Assembly: GCF_963921235.1 (NCBI RefSeq)
Contig: NC_086097.1
Coordinates: forward strand, 70,744,001-70,808,000
Direction of reading: 5' to 3'
Length of the DNA stretch: 64,000 nucleotides
From: Mobula hypostoma
Lineage: Eukaryota
Below are positions 50,791-62,371 of the stretch, piece after piece. The notes under the pieces were generated by a model. That model was not told where the DNA came from, did not search any database, and saw only the letters and a program-made list of their open reading frames with translations. The first letter of the stretch is position 1; each line of letters opens with the position of its first letter. Made by a program: the position numbers and the translations under genes.

Positions 50791-51189
50791 AGTACATCAG
50801 TACTCTGTTCAAACTTCCCCACCTCCTAATCCCCCATTCACCAGCCCCAAAAATGAAATAGACAGTAAAGAAGAAAGTTTCAAATTTCTGTTTGCCTTAG
50901 GATAGTGAAATCAGCACAAAAATTTAAAGAAAAATACTAAATTAGAATCAGTATATGATGAGGCTTATATAAAGGCATTTGTGTAATTATTTCTTTGTTT
51001 TTTTTATCATAACAGGTGTTCCTTTGTAAAATGTTTGCTAAGTGGTGAATCACACTGTCAGTGAAAGGTGTGAAGACATTGCATTGATACAGTAGCCGCA
51101 ACACTGAGATTTCATTAATTCATTAGCTTCGTGAAGGGTCTTAAGAGAAAAATCTGTTGGCTGCTTTTCTTAAGCATTCCTCAGGATTA

Positions 51190-52690
51190 AGGTGACTTCA
51201 TTTCTATGGGTTCTGAGCTGGTTGATGAGGCTCGTGTGGGTGGGATCTGTAGACTCTGCCATAGGTTGACTGGGTGTGGCTTTTGGTTTGTGTAGTTATT
51301 GTAAGGATGAGCTACTTCCACTGGGTTCTGCATGCTTCCAGTCGAGAGACCAAAGGTGTGGTACCTCTCCTGTGCATGAAGCGCTTGCTGTGCATAATGC
51401 ACATTTCTTTTTAGTGTGCAACAGGGCATTGATCACACCTGCCTGGTAAACCAAGTTTAAATCTCTTTATCAGGTTTAAGACTGCAGTGGTTTTCTGAAG
51501 TGTGGTGAGTGTTATCATTTATGTCAGTATTCAATGAGAGGTGATACCTGAGTTGCAGAAAATGATCCACGTTTTCTGGAGTCTTCAGGTGAGCTTAATT
51601 ATTGTGAGGAGATTAGCAGTGGACCTTTGTGCTTTGCATAATTATCAAAAGGCTCATTGTAGGTTGAGCACTTTTCCTTTCAACTTGTTGGTTAAATCCA
51701 GACCAGACAGATGAGTGTTGGTTATGAGGTGCATTTTTATTGGGAGAGATATGAGGAGGAGGGTTGGAACAATGACATGGATTTGCTTACACTGGAGCTG
51801 ATTCTGTAACAGGGTCTACTGGTTAGATATTGGCATTGGATTTCCTCATATCGCGGTCATAGAATTGAGATGTATTTGTGAGGGCAGCTACCGACCATTC
51901 AGTTTTGTTCATGGTTGATGGAGTTTGTAAGATTGATAGAGGGCCTCTATAGTGATTGATGCTAGTCCCTTCATTTTTTTACAATTTTCACTGCACATTT
52001 TGGTGGACACAATCCCAACTACAATTTGAAGAGTCCTTCGTCCACTCGTTGCAATGATTTTCCTGGTGGCAGACACTGGAGACACCCCACAGTAATTACT
52101 GGAATCAGAATTGTCTGCTTTCTTGGAGGGCCATGATTATGCTATCTCTAATAGTGAAGAATCTATATATATTGTGGTTGCTTTCCACCCCCACAGCAAT
52201 CTCTTCTTCAGCAAAGGTGACGTTTATTGGATCTCAGTGCTATTTTTCTTGTGGAGCCGGTTCTTCCCCCCTTTGCAGTGTGATGGAGGTTTTAGTCCAA
52301 GAACATGTTGTATTTGTGGTTAGTTAGCTCGCCAATTTCCTAGTCATTTGCAACAAACCATTCCATTTGGTTTCTGGTGGAGAAGGCAAGAGTCTGTTCA
52401 GAGATGTCATATATGGTGGACTTTGGGGCATTCTAGGAACTCTGGACACTGCAGGTGTGGCTGGTTGGGCAATGCCAGGCTTCTGTGCACCACTGACTGA
52501 CAAAAGCTTCTTTGCTGAATGCATGGGGGACCTATGACATTGATATTCTTGTGGCAGAGTTTCTTTTACTGCTGTTGTTTTGGGGCGGGATTGATGGATT
52601 TGAGACAGATTAGTTTGTTGCTGGAATCTAGTCAATAATATCACATACTGTAGTAGTATATTAGAGAGGCAGTTGACCTGAATGAACATC
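51190..52690 (-). mobile_element. Ancient RTE-clade LINE relic
   Basis: Minus strand KKADNSDSSNYCGVSPVSATRKIIA (compare KKGDRSDC.NYRGISLLS..GKI.A) and LVYQAGVINALL (compare VYRAVVLSTLLYG). Confidence 0.7.
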
Positions 52691-53209
52691 ATCAGTTAAA
52701 TACACAACAGGGAAGCTGTTACAATAGGCAGAGGGCAATGGTAAATTGGTTTATTATTGTCAAATGTACTGAGGAACAAAGAAAAAATTGTTTTGCAATA
52801 TCATCAATACAGATCATTTCAACACATCAGTACATCATGGTCGTACAAAAAAACCCAAGAAATAACAGTTACAGAGAAAGTGCTGTGCAGGTACACAATC
52901 AGGTACAAGACTATAACCAGGTAGACTGTGAGGCTGAATCCATATGATCATATCAGGGGACTGTTATGTCATCTTACAAAAGCAAGACAATTGAAAGTTG
53001 TCCTTGAGCCTGCTGGTATGTGCTTGTAGATTTTTGTGCTTTCATGTTTATTTTATGCTTAATGGGAGGTGGCTGTCTTTGATTTTGTTGGCTGTCTACA
53101 CAAGACAGAAAGAGGTGTGGATCGAGTCTATGGAGGGGAGGCTAGTTTTGTGATGTGTTGAGTTGTATCTACAACTCTCTGCAATTTCCTTTCATCTTGG
53201 GCAGAGCTA

Positions 53210-56200
53210 AACCCATAAAACATAGGAGCTGAAGTAGCCCATTTGTCCCATCGAATCTGCTCCGTCATTTCATCATTGCTGATCCATTTTCTCTCTCAAT
53301 CCCATTGTCCTGCCTTCTCCCCGTAACCTTTCATGATCTGACTAATCAAGAACCTATCAACCTCTGGTAAATACACCCAATGACCTGGCCTCTACAGCTG
53401 TCTGTGGCAATAAATTCCAGATTCACCACCCTTCGGCTAAAGAAATTCCTCCTCGTCTCTGTTCTAAGTGGTCATTCCGTTATTCTGAGACTGTGCCTTC
53501 TGGTCCTCAAATCCCCCACTATAGGAAACATCCTTTCCACAACTACTCCATTTAGGCCTTTCAACATTCAATAGGTTTAAATGAAATCCCCCCTTAATCT
53601 GCTAAATTCCAGTGAGTATAGGCCCAGAACCATTAAATGCTCCTCATACAATAACCCGTTCACTCCTGGAATAATTTTTTTGAACCTCTTCTCGCTAGTA
53701 ATAGCAACTGCACTCACTTCTTCCCCCTTACACTCTTGAACTTCTGGCACACTACTAGTGACTTCCACGCTGAAGATTGAAGACTGAGGTAAAATACTTA
53801 TTCTCCCATCATTTCCTTGTCCCTCATATTAACTCTCCAGCATCATTTACTAGTAGCCTGATATCTAATTTTGCCTCTCTTTCACTCTTTACAGTATGAA
53901 AAAACTTTTGGTATCCTTTTTGATATTATTGGCAAGCTTACCTTCATACTTCATCATCCCCTCCTTATAGCTTTTTAGTTGCTTTCTGTTGGTTATTAAA
54001 AGCTTCCCAATCCTCTAAATTCCCACTTATTTTTGCTCTGTCATATGCCCTCTCTTTTGCTTTTATGTTGTCTTTAACTTCCATTGTCAGCCACAGTTGC
54101 ATCAGCTTCCCTTTAGAATACTTCTTTTTTTGGTATGTATCAATCCTGTGCCTTCCGAATTGCTCCCAGAAACTCCAGCCATTACTGTTCTTCCGTCATA
54201 CCTGCATTGTGGCCCCTGCCCATCCCCCACATGATTCATCTGTTGTCGGCCCCCAACCAACACATATTCCACTCTCCCCTCCTGCCCCTCCTCACAGTCC
54301 CCCACCCTGCTGTCATGACTATACCCCTTCCCCACACGAAACCACCACGGTGGGCTTCACAGCTGAACAGGTGAGAAGACAGCTGAAACATCTCAACCCA
54401 AGCAAGGCTGCAGGACCGGATGGTGCTCAAAGCCTGTGCCCCTCAGCTATGTGGAGTACTTCGCCATGTATTCAACCTGAGCCTGAGGCTCCGGAGGGTT
54501 CCTGTGCTGTGGAAGACGTCCTGCCTCATCCCTGCCTCGAAGATGCTGCACCCCAGCGGCCTCAATGACTACAGACCGGTGACATTGACCTCCCACATCA
54601 TGAAGACCCTGGAGAGGCTTGTTCTGGAGCTGCTCTGGCCTATGGTTAGGCCACACTTAGATCCCATCCAGTTCGCCTACCAGCCCCGACTAGGAGTTGA
54701 GGATGCCATTGTCTACCTGCTGAACTGTGTCTACGCCCACTTGGACAAGCCAGCGAGCACTGTGAGGGTCATGTTTTTTGACTTCTCTAGTGCGTTCAAA
54801 CACCATCCGCCCTGCTCTGCTGGGGGAGAAGCTGACAGCGATGCAGGTGGATGCTTTCCTGGTGTCATGGATTCTTGATTACCTGACTGGCAGACCCAGT
54901 ACGTGTGCTTGCAACACTGTGTGTCCGACAGAGAGATTAGCAGCACTGGGGCTCCACAGGGGACTGTCTTGTCTCCCTTTCTCTTCACCATTTACACCTC
55001 GGACTTCAACTACTGCACAGAGTCTTGTCATCTTCAGAAGTTTTCTGATGACTCTGCCATAGTTGGATGCATCAGCAAGGGAGGTGAGGCTGCGGTAGTA
55101 AACTTTGTCACATGGTGTGAGCAGAATTATCTGCAGCTTAATGTGAAAAAGACTAAGGAGCTGGTGGTAGACCTGAGGAGAGCTAAGGCACCGGTGACCC
55201 CTGTTTCCTTCAAGGGGGTAAGTGTGGACATGGTGGAGGATTACAAATACGTGGGGATACAAATTGACAATAAACTGGACTGGTCAAAGAACACTGAGGC
55301 TGTCTACAAGAAGGGTCAGAGCCGTTTCTATTTCCTGAGGAGACTGAGGTCCTTTAACATCTGCCGGATGATGCTGAGGATGTTCTACGAGTCTGTCGTG
55401 GCCAGTGCGATCATGTTTGCTGTTGTGTGCTGGGGCAGCAGGCTAAGGGTAGCAGATACTAACAGAATCAACAAACTCATTCGTAAGGCCAGTGATGTTG
55501 TGGGGATGGAACTGGACTCTCTGACTGTGGTGTCTGAAAAGAGGATGCTGTCCAAGTTGCATGCCATCTTGGACAATGTCTCCCATGCACTACATAATGT
55601 ACTGGTTGGGCACAGGAGTACATTCAGCCAGAGACTCATTCCACCGAGATGCAACACAGAGTGCCATAAGAAGTCATTCCTGCCTGTGGCCATCAAACTT
55701 TACAATTCCTCCCTTGGAGGGTCAGACACCCTGAGCCAATAGGCTGGTCCTGGACTTATTTCCTGGCATAATTTACGTATTACTATTTATTTATTTATGG
55801 TTTTATTACTATTTAATTATTTATGGTGCAACTGTAACGAAAATCAATTTCCCATGGGATCAATAAAGTATGACTATGACCAGGACTATTATCTGCTTCC
55901 AATCAACTTTAGCCAGCCTCTATAATTCCTTCTACTCCATTGTAATACTGATACATCTGACTTTATCTTCTCCCTCTCAAATTGCAGGATGAATCTTATC
56001 ATATTATGATCACTTCTCCTAAGGTTTCCTTTACCTTATGCTCCCTAATCTAATCTGGTTCATTATAAACAACCCAATCCAGAATAGCCTTTCCCCTAGT
56101 GGGCTCAACCACAAGATGCTGTAAAAAGCCATCTCATAAGCATTCTATAAATTCTGCCTTGGGATCCAGCATCAATCTAATTTTCCCAATCTACCTTCAC

Positions 56201-56230
56201 TTTGAAATCCCCATGGCCATTGTAACATTC
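53210..56230 (-). mobile_element. CR1 LINE with internal deletions, split by a Rex1 insertion
   Basis: 3' UTR and RT tail at 53210-53690 join directly to the linker region at 53690-54200. The APE region resumes at 55885-56230. Confidence 0.82.
54205..55880 (+). mobile_element. Young Rex1/Babar LINE, 5'-truncated
   Basis: ORFs 54420-54878 (FAYQPRLGVEDAI...VMFFDFSSAF) and 54903-55742 (GAPQGTVLSP, KFSDDS, KSFLPVAIKLYN); AATAAA followed by a (TATGAC)n tail. Confidence 0.95.
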
Positions 56231-56395
56231 CCCTAACAACAGGAATTCTGCAGATGCTGGAAATTCAAGCAACACACATAAAAGTTGCTGGTGAACGCAG
56301 CAGGCCAGGCAGCATTAGAATGCAACTAAAAAAATTCACTAACTAGAGATTGTTGAATCTTTTTGAAAACATTAGAGGAAAAGATGAGCATTCAT

Positions 56396-56928
56396 GTACA
56401 GTGTGAAGTTTGAAGTACAGGGTGCCAAACTCTACTCAACTAAACACGGGAATCAAGATAAGGCGTCTAAACTTCGGGTGCTTTATGATGATCAAATCAC
56501 ACATTCATGAGAAATTAGGAACACATCAAACTAGACTTACATGTAAAATATCCAAATTATACACAACATGAGTAAGCAAAGTTTTGAAGTATGTGAGAAG
56601 ATTAACACCATGTAAACATTCATTAAATTACCAAGGTTGGTCGAACTCTGTATCAATAATTGGGAATAAATTTTAACATAATATTAACACAAAATATTGC
56701 TCAGATAGCGTTCTCGTTTATGAACTAAGCCAAACTTTACAGACAATGGTTTTGATGACGCAAGCAAGGGAAAGACAACACAGGATTGTGTGAATGTGCT
56801 TCAGTCTGACTCAAAAACTCCGCCAGAACAAAATGACTGCCCTCACATGATCCAACTGAATTTCAAATTTAAAGGCGGCAGCGCAGTCAGAATAAAAGCA
56901 GCGCTATATTTCAAATAAAACCCTGAAC
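56396..56928 (-). repeat. BEL 3' LTR
   Basis: Aligns to 59484-60132 (shared ATATTGCTCAGATAGCGTTCTC and CAAAATGACTGCCCTCACATGATCCAACTGAATTTCAAATTTAAAGG). Confidence 0.82.
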
Positions 56929-59483
56929 TCTCCCTGCCCGCTTGGCATTTTTAAAGATATCACAGACAGTTAATGCAACAGGTTACAATGTTCAGTCCTT
57001 CTTTTTCAGAAGGAAAACAATCTCTGACACATGCTTGAAGAACTTCTTGCTTGAACTTGCTTTGTCATCTTGAGCTCTATTTGGCGAACCCTTCTATGAA
57101 TATGTGTCCTTGATGCTCCACCTGTTCACGATAGTGGCATATGAACGACATGGAAATGTGATGCTTACCGGGCAAAATCATGGGGTTCGTCTCTGATCAA
57201 ACATGCTCAAATCTGCATGTTTTTTTTAACGAAACAAGGAGGAAACCTGGATGAATATACCTAGTTCTTCTCATTCCAAGCTCTCCTAGGTACCTGCAAC
57301 GTTTGCTCTTTCTTCCTGCGCTCTTCTTCAAGCAAACAATGGTGCTTATTTGAGTTAATTTCCGTAAAACCATCACTCACAGTTGACACAGACTGTTGCT
57401 CCACCACAGCTATGGATGGTGATTACCCGTAATGACAACACTTGCATATTTAATTCAATCAAACTGGGCTAAAGCATCAGTCTTCCCTTTTGGCTTTTTC
57501 CAGACCTGGTTTTACATCCTTTTCCTTCTCTTTTGCTTGATACATCCTTAACTGTATCTTGTATGGCTGTTGGGTCATTGGGACCCACGCACTCTACATA
57601 ATACACTGTGTAGACACTCCCTCCATTCACTGCTGATCCATTCTGATCACACAGTTGTTCGTCTACATACCTTTTGGTCCTTTTCGTTTCTGGGAGTGGT
57701 CCATTAGTCTGGGGATTTTCCATCATACCGTGGATTTGTCCTGCAGTTTCGTCTAGCAATTGGGTGTTAGAGAGGGAAACTGTGTTTAGCTAACTCTTCT
57801 CTCTGCCCAAGCCCCATGTCTGCTACATCTACCTCAGGAGGCAGTTTATTCTATGATGTTCTATTTATACTGGTGCTCGGAGAGAAACCATGTTGAGGCT
57901 GTGAACTAGAGATTACCTTTTCTTTAAGGTTAATGTGGCTTGTGCAAGGGATGAACAGTGAAGGTCTCCCATTTTGCAGAATGTTTGTCTTCAAGCTGTG
58001 AACAGTAGGCTTGTGGATGTCCCCTTCTAAACACTTATCACCAACAAGGACCCATCCTGTCCAGCCTCTGTGCAAAGGTGTATTATTACCAACACTGTTG
58101 ATAAACTTCCTGGCCTTTAGTGCCGTGAGGAGCTGTAGGATTGAGTCTTATCATCTAGAGGCGGGATCTGTTCAGCAAGTCTGTGGCAGCTTTTCAACAA
58201 CAGGGCCAATGCTGAGGGCATCGTCTAAATAAGTTAATCCAGGCAAACAACCATCTTTCTTTTGCTGAAAGCAGCTCCGTTAACAGATCCTCAAGTTCTC
58301 TTAACTTTAAGTTATTCTTATTTGAAATCTTTGGAAAGCTGTCCGATTTTTGAAAAGTGTGCTTTCTGTTACCTCCAGCACACTGTAGCATTCATCAAGG
58401 CCGCCCCAGGTCATTCTTAAAGCTGCAGCTGGGTTGTTTATATGATTTGCTCTGAAGCACCTAACGTAGTTGGAGAATTCCTTACCAAGCCATTTTAACA
58501 GCAAGTTCAATTCCTCAGCATTTGTAAGTTCCAGGTCGTTGTATTGTTAAAAGGTGACTTCCATGCTCTATAACTTTCTGGATGGTCATCAGAGTGTGAT
58601 AAGCTGGTGCTCACAAGCTTTTTGTGTGCCAGATACTTCGCCATATTCATCATGGCTGAAGATGCTGGACGATCTACTGATAAACTTTCTTTGCACTGAG
58701 GTATGTTAAACCTTGGTTGTCGATGTGGATTGTTGCTGTCAAATCTTGGCATTGTCTCCACTGTTTTACAGTAGGGGAATTGCCTTTTTTTGGTGCTGGA
58801 CAGGTAAGTAAGAGTTGTTTCACATATGTTAAATATTTCTGTACTTTGCTGTAAGCAACTTATTGGGAGATGACCATTGGCTACAGTGTAGCCAATGCAG
58901 CATCTCTAGGAAGTGTGCTGATTGCTATCTTTTTCCAAAGGATAGGCAAAGTGTTAGAAATAGATTGAATGGAGTGTTGAGACTGTTGATAATGTGTTGC
59001 GTAGCAGGCAAACTCAGACTGCTGGTTAAGACTTCAGGCTTGGTCCTTGACATAATCACTCACACACTCACATGTGCCCTCTATTATGGCTGGGTGGCTT
59101 TTTCTACTGTAAAGCTCCTTACCTTGGTGTGCCGCCGCTGCCTCCAATATCTCTGCATAGCAACTTCAGCCTCTTTTTAAAGAAGCAGGGCTTCCAAATT
59201 AGTCTGTAGCTGAGCATTGTCTGTTTTTTTAGGCAGTCTTCCTCTGTGCACGTGAAGCACGTGCTCGGGCAGCCTCCGCCTTCGCTCTGGCTGCTGCCGC
59301 CGCCTGCAGCAACCACTGATGATCCGCCCCATTGCTATGGAGTGCTGTCAGATGCTCTGTCTGGTGAACTTTGCCTTTCCTGTGCTGTTGTGTGCTCTGT
59401 GTACCTCTCACCCATAATGCTTGTTATTCACTGCTGTCGACTATTCATACGCTGTTTGGCCAGCTGCGTTCTCGACTTTTTAC

Positions 59484-60132
59484 TGAACTGCTCTGCCTGG
59501 GTCTGAAGTACACTATTTATTAAGCAGTGTGTCAAACTCCACTCCGTTGATCATGGGAGTCAGGGTATAGCGTCTAAGCCCAGGGTGCTTTATTTTGGTA
59601 GCACGCACACATAATTGAGTAGGTGTAAAACTGAGAGAGACCAGAAAAATACTGTAAGTACTTAATGTAGCAAACTTTTGACAATCAAATTACGCAGCCA
59701 TAAGAAATTAGAAATATACGAAGCTAGAATTATATGTAAAGTATTCAGGATTATACACAACATGAGTAGACAAAGTTTTAAAGAATGCGAGAAGATTAAC
59801 ACCATGTACACATTCATTAAATTTCCAAGGCCGGTCAAACACTGTACTAATAATCAGCAATAAACTTTTACGTCATATAATACTTTCACATAATATTGCT
59901 CAGATAGCGTTCTCATTTGTGAACTAAGCCAAAACTTACAGGCGATGGTTTTGATGACTCAAACAAGGGAAAGACAACACAGACTTTGTGTAAATGTGAT
60001 TCAGTCTGACTCAAAAACTCCGCCACAACAAAATGACTGCCCTCACATGATCCAACTGAATTTCAAATTTAAAGGAGACAACACAATCAGAATAAAAATC
60101 GGTAGAACCATATTTCAAATAAAAGCCTCTGC
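59484..60132 (-). repeat. BEL 5' LTR
   Basis: TG...CA ends; direct repeat of 56396-56928 with about 90 bp of extra sequence. Confidence 0.82.
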
Positions 60133-60680
60133 AATGAAACTTCTGTCTGTGAGAAAAGAGCCTGCATTTGTTGTAACATCTTTTAAATCAAGGTTTGTTC
60201 CTATTCCATGTCTGTCTACCAGTCCTTAATCATTTATCGTCAGTACTGTATGCTCTTGTTTTGGTTAACCAGCAGAAGTCCACATCCACTACAGAAGCTG
60301 GTTCACCCTTAATTATTCTAGTGGTTACAATCTCAAGTGGACTTTTTGAACATAATATATCCCTTTCAAAAGTACTCCGTGACTCTCCTCAGCAAAACAA
60401 AGCTCAAACATCCAGAGGAACACAGCAGTTCAGGTTGCATCTGTGGAGGCAGGAGAATGGTCGATGTTTCGAGTCAAGGTGATGCATCAGTCCAAAGCAA
60501 TCAAGTAAAAGTGTTTTGGGGTTTTGATAGAGTTATATTCATAGTTCAGAAAATCTGTCAGTCCAGTACCATTAAAGTACTAGGGTTAACAACAGGAATT
60601 CTGCAGATGCTGGAAATTCAAGCAACACACATCAAGGTTGCTGGTGAACGCAGCGGGCCAGGCAGCATCTCTAGGAGGTG

Positions 60681-60722
60681 CAGTCGACGTTTCAGGCCGA
60701 GACCCTTCGTCAGGACTAACTG
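60681..60722 (-). ncRNA. Minimal type I hammerhead ribozyme in the Penelope pLTR, core intact
   Basis: Minus strand CAGTTAGTC CTGACGA AGGGTCTCGGCCT GAAAC GTC GACTG. Confidence 0.8.
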
Positions 60723-61009
60723 AAGGAAGAGTGAGTAAGGGATTTGAAAGTTGGAGGGGGAGGGGGAGATCCAAAATGATAGGAGAAGACAGGAGGGGGA
60801 GGGATGGAGCCAAGAACTGGACAGGTGATAGGCAAAAGGGATACGAGAGGATCATGGGACAGGAGGTCCGGGAAGAAAGACAGGAGGGGGGCACCCAGAG
60901 GATGGGCAAGGGGTGTATTCAGAGGGACAGAGGGAGAAAAAGGAGAGTGAGAGAAAGAATGTGTGTATAAAAATAAGTAACAGATGGGGTACGAGGGGGA
61001 GGTGGGGCA

Positions 61010-62371
61010 TTAGCAGAAGTTAGAGAAGTCGATGTTCATGCCATCAGGTTGGAGGCTACCCAGACGGAATATAAGGAGTTGTTCTTCCAACCGGAGTGTG
61101 GCTTCATCTTTACAGTAGAGGAGGCCGTGGATAGACATGTCAGAATGAGAATGGGATGTGGAATTAAAATGTGTGGCCACTGGGAGATCCTGCTTTCTCT
61201 GGCGGACAGAGCGTAGGTGTTCAGCAAAATGGTCTCCCAGTCTGCGTCGGGTCTCGCCAATATATAAAAGGCCACATCGGGAGCACCGGACGCAGTATAT
61301 CACCCCAGCCGACTCACAGGTGAAGTGTTGCCTCACCTGGAAGGACTGTTTGGTGCCCTGAATGGTGGTAAGGGAGGAAGTGTAAGGGCATGTGTAGCAC
61401 TTGTTCCGCTTACACAGATAAGTGCCAGGAGGGAGATCAGTGGGGAGGGATGGGGGGGACGAATGGACAAGGGAGTCACGTAGGGAGCGATCCCTGCGGA
61501 ATGCAGAGAGATGGGGGGAGGGAAAGATGTGCTTAGTGGTGGGATCCCATTGGACGTGGCGGAAGTTACGGAGAATAATATGTTGGACCCGGAGGCTGGT
61601 GAGGTGGTAGGTGAGGACCAGGGGAGCCCTATTCCTAGTGGGGTGGTGGGAGGATGGAGTGAGAGCAGATGTACGTGAAATGGGGGAGATGCGTTTAAGA
61701 GCAGAGTTGATAGTGGAGGAAGGGAAGCCCCTTTCTTTAAAAAAGGAAGACATCTCTCTCGTCCTAGAATGAAAAGCCTCATCCTGAGAGCAGATGCGGC
61801 GGAGACGGAGGAATTGCGAGAAGGGGATGGCGGTTTTGCAAGAGACAGGGTGAGAAGAGGAATAGTCCAGATAGCTGTGAGAGTCAGTAGGCTTATAGTA
61901 GACGTCAGTGGATAAGCTGTCTCCAGGGACAGAGACAGAAAGATCTAGAAAGGGGAGGGAGGTGTCGGAAATGGACCAGGTAAACTTGAGGGCAGGGTGA
62001 AAATTGGAGGCAAAGTTAATAAAGTCAACGAGCTCTGCATGCGAGCAGGAAGCAGCGTCAATGCAGTCATCGATGTAGCGAAGGAAAAGTGGGGGACAGA
62101 TACCAGAATAGGCACGGAACATAGATTGTTCCACAAAGCCAACAAAAAGGCAGGCATAGCTAGGTCCCATACGGGTGCCCATAGCTACACCTTTAGTTTG
62201 GAGGAGGTGGGAGGAGCCAAAGGAGAAATTATTAAGAGTAAGGACTAATTCCGCTAGACGGAGCAGAGTGGTGGTAGAGGGGAACTGATTAGGTCTGGAA
62301 TCCAAAAAGAAGCGTAGAGCTTTGAGACCTTCCTGATGGGGGATGGAAGTATATAGGGACTGGACATCCAT
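61010..62371 (-). CDS. Penelope RT (C-terminal part) + GIY-YIG endonuclease, open for 453 aa; upstream part carries a stop near 62741
   Basis: MDVQSLYTSIP, QTKGVAMGT, RYIDD, LPFLD, YYKPT (RT). GVIYCVRCSRCGLLYIGET...RL...EH...GMN (GIY-YIG). Confidence 0.93.
   Translation of the reverse strand: MDVQSLYTSIPHQEGLKALRFFLDSRPNQFPSTTTLLRLAELVLTLNNFSFGSSHLLQTKGVAMGTRMGPSYACLFVGFVEQSMFRAYSGICPPLFLRYIDDCIDAASCSHAELVDFINFASNFHPALKFTWSISDTSLPFLDLSVSVPGDSLSTDVYYKPTDSHSYLDYSSSHPVSCKTAIPFSQFLRLRRICSQDEAFHSRTREMSSFFKERGFPSSTINSALKRISPISRTSALTPSSHHPTRNRAPLVLTYHLTSLRVQHIILRNFRHVQWDPTTKHIFPSPHLSAFRRDRSLRDSLVHSSPPSLPTDLPPGTYLCKRNKCYTCPYTSSLTTIQGTKQSFQVRQHFTCESAGVIYCVRCSRCGLLYIGETRRRLGDHFAEHLRSVRQRKQDLPVATHFNSTSHSHSDMSIHGLLYCKDEATLRLEEQLLIFRLGSLQPDGMNIDFSNFC

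Larger units (their letters stand above)
56396..60132 (-). mobile_element. BEL/Pao LTR retrotransposon, internally deleted
   Basis: Two diverged direct repeats flank Gag remnants (AAAARAKAEAARA; AKYLAHKKLVSTSLSHSDDHPESYRAWKS; LLLKWLGKE..HINNPAAALRMTW; FPKISNK..KLREL.DLL) and an integrase zinc-finger remnant (HYREQVEHQGH). Internal region starts GTAAAAAG. Purine tract near 56926-56945. Confidence 0.85.

Noticed and set aside
50890..51070. Acceptor-like sites (TTTGCCTTAG, TCATAACAG) as the next exon after the signal-peptide exon
   Set aside because: Both hit a stop within a few codons in the required phase.
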